Shown here: in pieces, positions 36,376 through 48,292 of the stretch
Layout: every line of letters begins with the position of its first letter
Position numbering within the stretch: position 1 is the first letter of the stretch
Assembly (NCBI GenBank): GCA_002104905.1
Contig: MCFE01000392.1
Location: 1 to 64,000, forward strand
Direction: 5' to 3'
Origin: Basidiobolus meristosporus CBS 931.73
Lineage: Eukaryota > Fungi > Basidiobolomycota
Length of the DNA stretch: 64,000 nucleotides
The notes under the pieces: generated by a model
The model's input: only the letters and a program-made list of their open reading frames with translations
Database searches by the model: none
Told to the model about the DNA's origin: nothing
Program-made: the position numbers and the translations under genes

Positions 36376-37642
36376 ATAGTGTGATACACATTTATCTCTA
36401 TTTACATTAAAGAAAAATATCCAAGTACTATATTTTACCTACCATAATAATGGTATCCAATTGCATATATGATGCAAACATTACAAGCATGCACAATCAT
36501 CTGTGCTAACCTGATTGTGTCAAAGTGTGCTATAGTGTGCAAGATTGTTCCACATGGTGCAAAATGGTCCAAGAGCAAACCTGCCTAATGGTAGCTACAA
36601 TTCCATGCTTGATTGTTTTTTGCAGCTGCAGATTGACTCTGGAGCATCTCAACACTTTGCACAACAATAAGTATATTTTACCCAATTTCAAGAAAATGCA
36701 ATTAAGAAGGTTTTCATGGGTGACAATAGAGCTATTCATGAATTGGGAGAAGGAAGTATCCAAGTAAACCTTAGAAGCAGTGAAGGGAGCCATACACTAA
36801 CTTTTGAATTAGTTCTTTATGTACCAGGAATAGCCAAGAACTTATTATCTATAAGCAAGTCCACAGCAGAAGGATACAGTTTCAGCTTTACTATTTCTGG
36901 ATGCATGATCACTGATCAAAAAGGTGCCCACCTTGCCTTGAGTATCAGAGATCAGAATCTGTATTATTTAACTTATATGCCATCATATCTTGAAGCCATT
37001 ATAAGTGACTTGAATGAAGAAACACTAATGCCTTGGCCCCAGAGATTTGAACACATCAATTCTGACCATTTGCGCAAAATGATCAAAGATCAGCTAATTT
37101 CTGGTGTAAAAATTGATCCCCAGCTAACTTAGAGCACTGTGAAGTCTGCATACATAGGAAACAAGCCAAACTAACAATCAAGACCTCTAGGTTAGTTAAA
37201 ACTGAGAAAAATTTAGATCAAATACACTCAGACCTGTGCAAACCTATTCAAATCCCATCCTTAGGTAGGATGCTGTTGAAATATTGGACTATTTGGTATC
37301 ATTCAGCAGCTAAAAATTTACTTAACAGTTCTAGGCTAGTCTTAGTCACTGTAGGACTCATTTACTGCCTTAACTTTGCCACTTTCTCCAGATATATGAT
37401 CTTATGATTATTCCCCTATAGTCAGGATCAAATTAGCACTATTACCAAACATTATGTACTAACCCTGAAACTGTTACAGAATGCTCCTGAATATTGAGAA
37501 ACCCTCCCTACTTAGTGTTGCAGCTGTATTACTTCTACAAAGGTATAAATACTGAGCTTCTTTATGAATAAACAACAGTTCAACTATTATCACTATTTCT
37601 TGATAAGTTCCTTATATCCAAATCACTTCTTAAATTGCAACA

Positions 37643-37654
37643 GGTTATGAGCCC
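37643..37654 (+). promoter_or_regulatory. D1 primer-binding site of the copia half-tRNA-iMet type
   Basis: GGTTATGAGCCC directly follows the LTR and resembles the Drosophila copia PBS GGTTATGGGCCC. Confidence 0.7.
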
Positions 37655-37678
37655 CGATTGCCTTAATCTATTCTAAAG

Positions 37679-40600
37679 ATGACTTCTACCAGCAAACAAA
37701 GCAATACCAACATCTTCCCTGTAAAGGAGAGGTTTGATGGGAAGAACTACAGACTTTGGAGAATCAAGATGCAGATCCACCTTGAGGAAAGAAAGCTTTG
37801 GAACATAGTAACAGGAAAGGAAGTTGAGCCCAAAGGAACAGCAGAAGATGTGGAGAAGTTTCAAGAGAAGGAGAGAAAGGCCTTCAATGCAATATGCATC
37901 AATGTGCAAGACTCCTTCATTGGACAAATCCATGTCTCAAATACTGCCAAAGCAGCATGGGAATCCTTAGAGAAGATCTTTAGAGCAAAGTCAGTATCAA
38001 GCAAGCTTTGTTTGAAACAAAAGTTCTTCAACATGAGAAAAAAGCCAGATGATGACATGCTACAACTCATTACCAGAATGGAGACACTTGCAGAAGAACT
38101 TTACAGTATTAATGCTGGTGTAGATGATGAAGAAAAGATACTCTGTCTGCTTTGCAGCCTACCAGACAAGTATGAGCTACTCATACTTTCTTTTGAAAGC
38201 AGAGAAGACAACTTGACTTTAGACTATGTCAAAGGAAGACTTCTCCATGAAGAACTCAGACGTAATGATCAAGCAGAGAAAATTGAAGATAATGCTTTAT
38301 TCAGTTCAGAAAGGCATACAGAAAAGAAGGGAAAGCAACAAAACCAAAGAAAACCTGGCTGCTGTAACTACTGTAAGAAGCCAGGACACTGGGCAAGAGA
38401 ATGCAAGAAGAAACAAGCAGACAAAAAACAGAAACTAGAGCAGGCAAACCATATAACTACTGATGAACAGTTATTTGTCACTGTACAAGAGAGTGCAAGT
38501 AACCAAAGTAATGAATGGTATATTGACTCTGGAGCATCACAGCATATTTGTGGTATAAAGGATTGGTTCAGCAACTTAAAGACTATTCCCGTAAGAAAGG
38601 TTTATCTGGGAGATAACTCTGCATTGGAAGCTACCGCTAGTGGGTCTATACAACTAAATATGAGTGATAACTCAGGGGCAACAACAGCAAAACTGACTGA
38701 CGTACTCTATGTACCTGGAATAGCTAAGAACCTACTCTCAGTCAGTAAAGCAACTACTCAGGGACTGAAATTTGTTTTTACTAAGCTGAGCTGCTCAATA
38801 CTGAGTGAAAATGGTCAAAAATTAGCTTCGGGAATCAGAGATCACAATATATACAAGTTACAATGCAAGATCATTGTACCTGAGTATGTCAACATTGCTG
38901 AAACTGATGAAACCAACTGGGAGACGTGGCATAGGAGGCTAGGACACATAGGGGAACAGAAAATGAGCCAATTGGTGAAAAATCAGCTTGTTTTGGGCCT
39001 AAAATACTCAATTCCGATCAAATTGAATGTTTGTAAGGGATGTTCATATGGCAAACAAGCTAGGCAACGTTTCAAGAGCTCAGAAGGCATTAATACCACC
39101 AAAATATTGGCCATTGTACACTCAGACATATGTGGCCCCATGAGAACACTGTCCTTTGGAGCCAAGAGATACTTTATGACGTTTATTGATGACAAGACAA
39201 GATATACATGGGTGTACTTCCTCAAAACAAAGGATGAAGCTTTAGAGACGTTTAAGCACTTCAAGAACATGGCAGAAACACAAACTGGGTGTAAATTGAA
39301 GGTACTACAAAGTGACAATGGAGGAGAATACTGCTCAAAGGAGTTTGCAAAATACTGCTTGTCTACTGGTATACTTCAACAGACCACAGTTCCTCATACT
39401 CCACAGCAAAATGGAGTAGCAGAACGTGCAAATAGAACAATAGTAGAGATGGCAAGATCTATGCTACATGATAAGGGAATGGACTACAAGTTTTGGGCTG
39501 AATCTGTTGCTACCGCTGTATACATCAAGAACAGATGCCCAACAACAGCACTACGTGATTCTACACCCCTTGAAGCATATACAGGCAAAAAACCAGATCT
39601 CCAGCACATCAGGATCTTTGGCAGTGATGTTTTTTATCACATCCCTGACAAAAAACGCTCAAAGTTGGAACCAAAGAGTAGAAAAGGGATCTTTCTTGGG
39701 TATTGTGAAGATACTAAAGGGTATAGAGTGTATGATGGCAAAATTCAGAAGCTGATCAAGAGCAGGGACGTTGTATTTGAGGAGAATTCAGATCAGAAAG
39801 CCACAGAAATCATTGGCCAGCTGCCTGATGATGCAATCAACACAAATTAAGAAGATATGTACCAAATCCAGCCAGAGATGGAAGATACTTCTACCAGTTC
39901 CAGATCAGAACAGATTATCCCAGTTAGGAGATCTACCAGAATAAGAAATGCCCCTGGATCCTGGTGGCAGACATCCAATGATCATGAAGAAGCTTATCTT
40001 GCCTTATGTGCCGAACCTCAGAATCTGGAACAGGCAATGCAAGGTCCAGATGCTACTAAGTGGCAACAAGCCATGCAGGAGGAGTACCAATCACTGATCA
40101 AGGCAAAAATGTGGGAACTGGTAGATTTACCAAATGGGAGAAAGCCAATAGGATGTAGATGGGTCTACAAGATCAAGATAACCTCAAATGGTGCCGTTGA
40201 TAAGTACAAGGCTAGATTGGTAGCTAAAGGCTATTCCCAGATCCAGGGACTAGACTTTAAGGAAACATTTGCTCCGGTTGCCAAGTTTAACTCTATTAGG
40301 ACAGTTCTAGCCCTGGCAGCTGTACACAGTCTAGATCTACACCAAATGGACGTCAAAACAGCCTTTCTAAATGGGGATTTGCAAGAAACTATATATATGG
40401 AGCAACCAGAAGGTTTTACCAATCCAAAAAGCCCCCATAAGGTGTGCAAACTTAGAAAATTGTTGTATGGGCTTAAGCAGGCACCCAGAGCATGGTATAA
40501 CAAGATTGACACATATCTAGAGGAAATTGGGTTCTCTCGTAGCACTGCAGATCACAGTATATATGTGAAACAGCTCAAAAAGGGTGTAATTATTCTAGTT

Positions 40601-41596
40601 CTTTATGTGGACGACCTAATTATAGCTACAAGTGATCAAGAGGCACTTAAACAGACGAAATCAGATCTCTTCAGCAAGTTTGAGATGAAAGATCTTGGAA
40701 AATTGAGCTATTTTCTTGGAATTGAGGTCAAATTTGACATACCTACGCAGAAAATTGTGCTGAATCAGTCTAAGTACATCAGGGACATTCTTAGACGCTT
40801 CAAAATGGAAAATTGCAAGCCTGCAGCAACACCTATGGACAATAACCTGAAATTAAGCAAATCTCAGCCAGTTATGGATGAAAATGGCTTGAATATGGAC
40901 CAAAACTTTCCCTATCAATCAATGGTCGGTAGCCTAATGTACTTGATGGTGTCTACATGTCCAGATATTGCAGTAGCAGTTGGAATAGTCAGTCAATTCA
41001 TGCAGAATTATGGATCAGATCAAATTGCAGCAGTTAAGCGGATTTTCAGATATCTACAAGGTACCATAAATATGGTACTGGAATACTCTGGAGCAGCTAA
41101 TAGGCAAAAATTTGATGGTTATAGTGATTCAGATTGGGGTAGAGATCTGATTGACAGACGCTCTACCACAGGCTATGTATTTCTTTATGCTGGTGCAGCT
41201 ATTACTTGGAATTGCAAGAAACAACCAACTGTGGCACTATCTACAACTGAAGCCGAATATATGGCTGCATGTCAAGCAACTAAGGAGGCTATATGGCTAC
41301 AAAAATTATTCAAAGACTTAGGTTTTAATTCAGGTGAACCAACATGTATTTACAAGGATAATCAAAGTTGTATTTCATTAGCTAGAAATCCTACTAATCA
41401 TGCCAGAACTAAGCACATTGATATACAGCATCACTTTGTGAGGGAAGCTGTAGAAAATAACTTAGTAGAGCTGGTTTACTGCCCAACTGACCAAATGGTG
41501 GCAGACATATTGACAAAACCACTAGCTAGGCCACAGTTTGAGATCCTTAGAGAGAAATTGGGATTAAGAAATTATTTAGTTGAGGGGGAGTGTTGA
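37679..41596 (+). pseudogene. pol: Copia polyprotein (Gag-PR-IN-RT-RH) with a single in-frame TAA at 39848
   Basis: CNYCKKPGHWAREC, WYIDSGAS, HSDICGP, SDNGGEY, AERANRT, LYVDDL and YSDSDWG. ORFs 37679-39850 and 39857-41596 are in the same frame. Confidence 0.93.
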
Positions 41597-43760
41597 AATA
41601 TTGGACTATTTGGTATCATTCAGCAGCTAAAAACTTACTTAACAGTTCTAGGCTAGTCTTAGTCACTATAGGACTCATTTACTGCCTTAACTTCGCCACT
41701 TTCTCCAGATATATGATCTTATGATTATTCCCCTATAGTCAGGATCAAATTAGCACTATTACCAAACATTATGTACTAACCCTGAAACTGTTACAGAATG
41801 CTCCTGAATATTGAGAAACCCTCCCTACTTAGTGTTGCAGCTGTATTACTTCTACAAAGGTATAAATACTGAGCTTCTTTATGAATAAACAACAGTTCAA
41901 CTATTATCACTATTTCTTGATAAGTTCCTTATATCCAAATCACTTCTTAAATTGCAACAGATGCAACATTTAATTACTATTAATGACAGTTGTACAAGAT
42001 ACACATGGGTCTACATCATTGAGAGAAAGGATGACGGTCTATCTAGGCTCAGGGAGCTTATAGCACTGGTGGAGAGAGAAACTGGTAAAAAAATCAAGAA
42101 AATACACTCTGACAATGGTAGAGAATATACCTCAAAACTTTTCATCCACTTCTGCAAAATTCAACAAGCAGAGCAAGAAACAACTGTACCAAACTCCCCA
42201 CAGCCAAATGAAGTAGCAGAATGTGCAAATAGATCAATAATTGATATGGCAAGATCCATGATCCATTATCATAAATCATCCTGTGATTTTTGGGTGGAAT
42301 TAGTTGCCACAGTTGTATAACTTAAAATTAGGAGCTGTAGCAGAGTGCTTTGTGATTCTGTTCCACTTGAAGCATGGTATGAATAACGGACAAGTGCCTA
42401 GCACCTATGATTATTTAGGTGTACAGCATATGCCACAAAACATCCCTGGAATCTGTTATAATTTGAGCCAAAAAGTGTAAAATGCATATTTTTAGGCTAC
42501 TGCAATGATATTAGAGCATACAGACTCTACAATGCCAAAACTAAGAAGCTGATCAAGTCCAGGGATGTGTTATTTGATGAATATTCAAAATGCTCATAAA
42601 AAATGAAATCAGATGTTGACAAAAATTTCATCTCAAGTCAACTATTTGTCAGGATTGAATCACAGCAAATCAATGCAAGCTTTTTCACTCTAATGGTCTC
42701 TACAACCATGGTGCAGCCTGAATTAGCACCCAGGAATATCCCAGAAGTGATCATCCAATATCAAATGACAGGAGATCTAACCAGACAAACATAACCCAAA
42801 TTACTATATCAATGAGGGTACATACTTAGCCCATGCCTATTTGGTATATGGTGATGAGCCCCAGACTGTAAAAGAGGTCCCAAATTGCCCTCAGACAAAA
42901 CTTGGAGATCTGCATTGACTGAAGAATATCAGGCCCTGATGGAAACTCAAACTTAGCACTTGGTCAAATTACCAATCAACCAAAAATTGATTGGATGCAG
43001 ATGGGTCTTTAAGACAAAGTACAAGGCTAATGGTCCAGCTGAAAGACACAAAGCAAGACTTATGATCAAAGGATACTCTCAAACAATAGGATTTGACCTC
43101 ACTGAGACCTTTGCACCAGTAGTCAGTTTAATTCCATCAGATTAACATTGGCTATTGCAGCCAAATACAAGTTTTTGATAAATCAAATGGATGCAAAACT
43201 GTATATTTGATTGGAGAACTTGAAGAGGATGTGTATATGGATCAGCCTGATGGGGTTGCTGACCAAGATAACCTGCATTTGGTCTTCAAGCTTAAAAAAA
43301 CTTTATATGGACTCAAACAATCACCAAAAGCCTGGAACTGCAAAATGAATATTATTTGGCATCTTTGAGTTTCATAAGGAGTAATGCTAATTATAGTATG
43401 TGCCATAACCCATATAGAGCAAATCCAGTTCTATTAGCTCTATATACAGATGATCTTATTATAGCCACAAATAACCTAGAAACTTTGGAAGAGACTAATT
43501 CCAGCCTATCTAAAGAGTTTAAGATGTCCAATCCAGGAGAACACAATTACTACTTAGGGATAGGGTTCTCCATGGATAGGAGTACCCAGACTATTACTCT
43601 AAGCATTTCTGGTTATATTCAAGATATACTAAAGAAATACTAAATGGAAGATTGTAAACTGGCAGCTACCCCAATGGAGACAAACCTTACCCTATGAAAA
43701 ATAATTTGGTCCCACTAGTGAATTCAATCTAGATCAGCTGTCAAGATCCCATAATGAGAC

Positions 43761-44049
43761 TGTCATAACACCAACAGCTTGGAATAAATGACCATCTACA
43801 CAATCTTATGACTGTTGTAGAAATTTGTATTTCCACCTAAATATTCACCTAACTTCAACACTTAGATCATCACCTTCAAATCCTAGAGAATACTGACCAA
43901 AATTCCTTGTTGGGATTTACTTAGAATACTTTCACTAAAATACCAGGTACCCAGAACATGAAAATTCTCAAAGTTGTCCAAACAGCCCCAAACTTTGCAC
44001 ACATGTTCTTGGGACCTTCCTTAACCTATTCTATGTGTTTGTTATGCCA
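43761..44049. repeat. Candidate solo LTR (289 bp)
   Basis: TGTCATAACA...TGTTATGCCA imperfect terminal inverted repeat, flanked by agac on both sides. No second copy in the window. Confidence 0.45.
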
Positions 44050-44099
44050 AGACCAGGTAAAAGTATAAATACTACTTTACATTCAGTATATCATTAAGT

Positions 44100-47000
44100 G
44101 AAAACCACATAATCTACTTGTTCTCCAAATCACTTCCAATATCTCCAAGACTCTTACAGCAATGACAGTATCACAATAGCATGTGGCTAATTTTACTGCC
44201 AAATACAGTTAAAAAACTGAATGGTGTTTAAGCAGTGTTCTACCTAAGGTAGCATGGCATTGTTGTGGTCTTATTGTGCTCTAGAACTATTTAAGTGAAT
44301 TTAACTGGCCAGTATATCCAATTGCCTTATGTGGCAAGAACTTGACAGTGTTTTGATGGCCTCCTTGCAGCCTCTGATGGCATTATCACAGTGGCATGGT
44401 GGCCCACAGCTAGTTCTGTATAATGCTACCATTTCAACTTAACAAATGGTGTGCCCTTTTCTATATCCCCTTGCACGATTCATATACTCTGCTATAGAAT
44501 CACCCTTCTTTTTTTGCTTACACACTTCTACCTTGGGCATTCCACATATAGCTCAAATCAAAAAATAATATGGCCTCCTGCTTACTAGCCTCTACAAACA
44601 GGCACATCTGCCATAATTGACATACTTGTATCACCTTAACTTTAAGGCTTTTTAGTTCAGTACTTGCAAAGTTCCCTTATACTATGTATTGCCGGTAACA
44701 TATACATCTTTCAAACATATCCTTGGTTGCCACCACTTCTGCCATGAACACCTCCTGAATATCAACAAAGGACTCTTTAGTATATAGTCAATATGTTCCT
44801 TCTCCCCAATGAACTCCAGTTCCCCTTATAGATGTGCTCTGGCTCTTGATTGTGTTAATATTGTATTGAATGATGTAGAAGTTGGCTTATGACCAAGAGA
44901 TACCTGGCATACCTTGGTAGAGCTTTCCTAATAGAAATTACTTGCATGTTGTACCCAACCCAGGAATTTGGGATGGAGCTCATCAACAGCAGACTGGGAT
45001 TTGAGATCCCAGATCTTGATGCAGGATGAGGTGGCAGCACAGAGCCAGTATCTGTTGAGGCTGAAGACCAAAGCAGTAACTTCATCACTAGCCTCCATGG
45101 AGTAAATGTGCTTGCTGTTATTGAGATCCACAACATGACAACACCATCCTTACCAGCAGTAATGCAAAGGGAACCATTAGGAGAGATGATAACAGTGTTG
45201 ATGTAACTGGTCTGGCCAATATGGTTGGTGCTGATCTTGCACTTGCAGAGATCCCAGACCTCAAGAAGCAAAATGCAAGCAAATGTCACAGGCTAGGAGA
45301 GAAGAGGATTGGATGTGGGAAGAAGGGTGGGTAACCAGAATATGGTGATAGTTTGTTTCATGGCAAGTTGCTCTGAAGTAACAAGTATTTTCATACATTG
45401 TGTAACCCCATGCATCTTTGCTCAGTTCTGGAGATATACATACCTTCACAAGCTTTTCCCAACCACCAGAGACAATGACAGGGTTGGCAGGCACTGATAC
45501 CTTCAAAGTAGCCCTTAATTCTTTGCTGTTATCAATGTTTGCCATCAAAAATGTGGGATATATTTGTACTTGATTGATACTGAGTGAAGTACTCAATAGC
45601 TTTACAATATCTTCCAACTTCAAGAGCTTCTTGATATGGGATATTACTGGAATATATCCAGAGTGTGTACAATGTTTTCCCCCAATGGTGGAGGATTCCT
45701 GACAAGTTTGACACCTTGAAATAGTAGAATTTTCTGATGTGAATGCTATGCAACTGTTAACACATGTTGGTAGCAGGATAGTCTCTGGTTCATATGTTAC
45801 AAGCTGCATGATGGTTATCCATTTATACCATGTACATGGTCAGTTACATCCAGGATGATTTTGACATTAAGTAGTAGTAAATCCTCAAAGCCCCATTACT
45901 TATATTAGTGGAAATATGCCACTTCTCTTGCCACAACCTCACATCATTCAGCAGTCAATGGATTACTTGGCTTGCTTAGCTCAATAAAGTATCCTGGAAT
46001 TTGTTTCCTGAGGTGTTGTCTCATGGCATATTGGTATTGTGCTAGTCTCATGCAGGGTACTGTTGTTTGGGAGGATAGGCTCACACTCCATCAGTACATC
46101 TGCTTCTTCAGAGCTATTGCTCTGTATGCCATATTTAGAAGACTAGGGGGAGCCTAAAGGTATTGCAAACTCACCTGACTAAGTTGGAGCAAGGTGGCAA
46201 GTATAGCCAGGTGCCATTACAGAATATCAAGTGGCCAGCAAGATATTGTTGGTACAGTAGTGCCTGGTGAAAGGTCATATACAACTTGTGTGGCAAAACA
46301 CTTGCTGTGATCCTTGTAACACCTCCTATGCTGTCTGTGTACTTCATGGCTGAGAGGCTTGCCATAATAGCCACATGGTCTTTTTTCTCTTCTCTTACAG
46401 CATTGAATCAAATTAGTCTTGTCTATTGGGCAAACAATTTAACACTCAACTTCATAATGCTTTTATATCATTTTTTTGTCAAAACTTGTATGAATATGAG
46501 ACATTGCACCTACATGAATGTATGATTCAATGATGACCTACCATAGTAAGCATTCTAAACAAAGTTATGGCACCACATACACAAATACATGTAACACAGT
46601 TTCCCCATTGGTTTGGCTCACTTCCATATATATGCAACCAAAAAATAAAGCAAAGTTGACTGGTTCCCAACCAAACCCCACTGCGGACAGCAGTAGAAGA
46701 ATGGTTGGACAACAGCTTGCTTTAACATTTAGTGCCATTAGCAGGGCTACAAACAAAAAAGGCCCTGTGGACAGTGGGTCTACTGAAGGCAATAATGCAC
46801 ACTCCTCAGGCTCTTGGTCAGGTATGGAATTGGGAATCTCTTTGGGGCTGTAGGCTGACCATAATGCTGAGGCAAATAAGTATGTAGCAAAAGCAGTGCT
46901 TTCAGTTAAAGACCAGCAAGTGGCCAACAAAACATTGCCACCACTTGTATTGGCAAGTATATTGTCCACTAATACACAAGCATTAATGAGGCTATTAGGT

Positions 47001-48285
47001 GCAGTGGCTGATAGGATAGATGCAATGGCCCAGAGAAACCAGGGAATAGTTCAGAAGCTGGATCAGTGGATCATAAGTGTAGCGCAATCAATATCCCAGG
47101 TAGAGAAAGAAGTGCCTTAGCTGCAAACAAGGAACTCAAGTAGCTCAATGTCACAACCAAAGCTGAGCAATTTCCCAATGTAACAGCAGAAGAAAACTGC
47201 ACAGTCCTTGAAGCGCAACAACAGTGCCCAAGGATACAACCCACAGAAACACCTATCACCACATGAGAGGGAGAAAATGAAGTGTTTATACCCAAGCCCA
47301 AAAATCAAAAGACATTATAGATCTGTGAAGTCATTGGGTGCACTGATGAAGGGTGAGCCAATGTGTAAGTGGCTATCAGAAGTCCAGCACAGCATCATCT
47401 TAAGGCCAGCATATTATGGGACCATCAGAAGCTCAAGGCAAAGCAGAATGCACTTGACTTGTTCCATGAGCATTATCCTGAGTTCAAGCAGGCAAAAAGA
47501 TTTTGAGCCAGCATTGGTATGCTAAGAAAGTATCTTAAGAATAGCAGAAACTATCAAAGGTGGAAGAACAAGGGTGCAATGGCTAAAATCCAGTGGCTTC
47601 CTCAAGAGCCCATTACTAGCAGGTCCAAAAGCTCCAAACAAGCATCAAAGAGACATCAAGTAGCTGGAAGATTACCAATTAGGGGAAAGCAGGTAGACAC
47701 AGATGTATTGGTACAGTATTTATCAAGGAAAAAGCGTTTTTCTACTTAAGCAGCACTCAGTGAAATTAGCAGTGAAGGACCTGGCAAATTAAAAACCAGC
47801 ACCTACCTCAGGAGCCCATTACTGCATGGGCTGTGAGCTCAAACAAGTGGGAAAAAGTGTTAGGTTGCCTGCAGAGTGCCAGCAAGAGACAAGCAGGCCA
47901 AAGCAGATGCATCACAACAGGATTTATCAAGGAAAAAAGGTAGTTCAATACAAGAAGCACCCAGACAAAGTATCTGTCAAAGACCTGGCAGTAATAAAGG
48001 AAAAGGTACAGAGAAAAAAGTCTACCCAAGCCAGAGACAGGGAAGCATAAGAAAATAGCTGCAGGTCTTGCTAATTTACACTGTAAGCCCAGAACAGACT
48101 TAATTCCATCATAACCAAGGAGAGTCACTGACAAGAAAACAGCTGTTTGCAGATATGTTGGAAGCACAGACAGATGAGCTACACTCCAGTGAGATAAATG
48201 AGTTTGCAGAGAAATGAAATTCACCTACCACAGTGTCCACATCCTCCAATGTTAACAGGGTGGAAATCCCACTGTCAGACAAAGT
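44100..48285 (-). mobile_element. Family G copy G3, with internal deletion and captured RACK1 fragment
   Basis: Reverse homolog of 29140-29950 and 26480-27826, plus ORF-A on the plus strand at 46630-48285. Confidence 0.8.
44964..45496 (-). pseudogene. RACK1: Fragment of RACK1 (Asc1/Cpc2-type WD40 protein): two partial exons and a 184-bp intron
   Basis: PANPVIVSGGWEKLVK | [44 protein letters not shown](fs)[55 protein letters not shown]. Intron 45443-45260 runs GTATGT...TTGAG. Confidence 0.92.
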
Positions 48286-48292
48286 AAGTAGG

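Larger units (their letters stand above)
26476..36610 (+). mobile_element. CACTA/EnSpm-like family G, copy G2 (both termini missing; interrupted by E)
   Basis: ORF-A 5' end, transposase pseudogene, ORF-B and subterminal sequence. Matches 44100-46850, 48500-54900 and 60150-61336. Confidence 0.8.
37274..41959 (+). mobile_element. Ty1/Copia family D, copy D1, full length with GATGC target duplication
   Basis: 369-bp LTRs at 37274-37642 and 41591-41959 (TGTTG...CAACA). gatgc at 37269-37273 and 41960-41964. PPT tgagggggag. Confidence 0.97.
36620..43750 (+). mobile_element. Degenerate Copia family F, interrupted by D1 inside the integrase
   Basis: IDSGASQH and LYVPGIAKNLLSISK. Removing D1 rejoins SDLCKPIQIPSLGRMQHLITINDSCTRYTWVY. 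RT remnants extend to about 43750. Confidence 0.8.

Noticed and set aside
39845-39860. TAA between integrase and RT in D1 as stop-codon readthrough
   Set aside because: D2 has GCA (Ala) at this codon, so it is a private nonsense change.
31437-41959. D and E LTRs both being 369 bp
   Set aside because: The sequences are unrelated and belong to different superfamilies; coincidence.
46565-46969. Hydrophobic ORF (EPEECALLPS...AVGFGWEP) recurring at 26345, 46565 and 60144 as a membrane-protein gene
   Set aside because: It is the antisense shadow of the ORF-A 5' region in three copies of one repeat, and starts and stops are not conserved.
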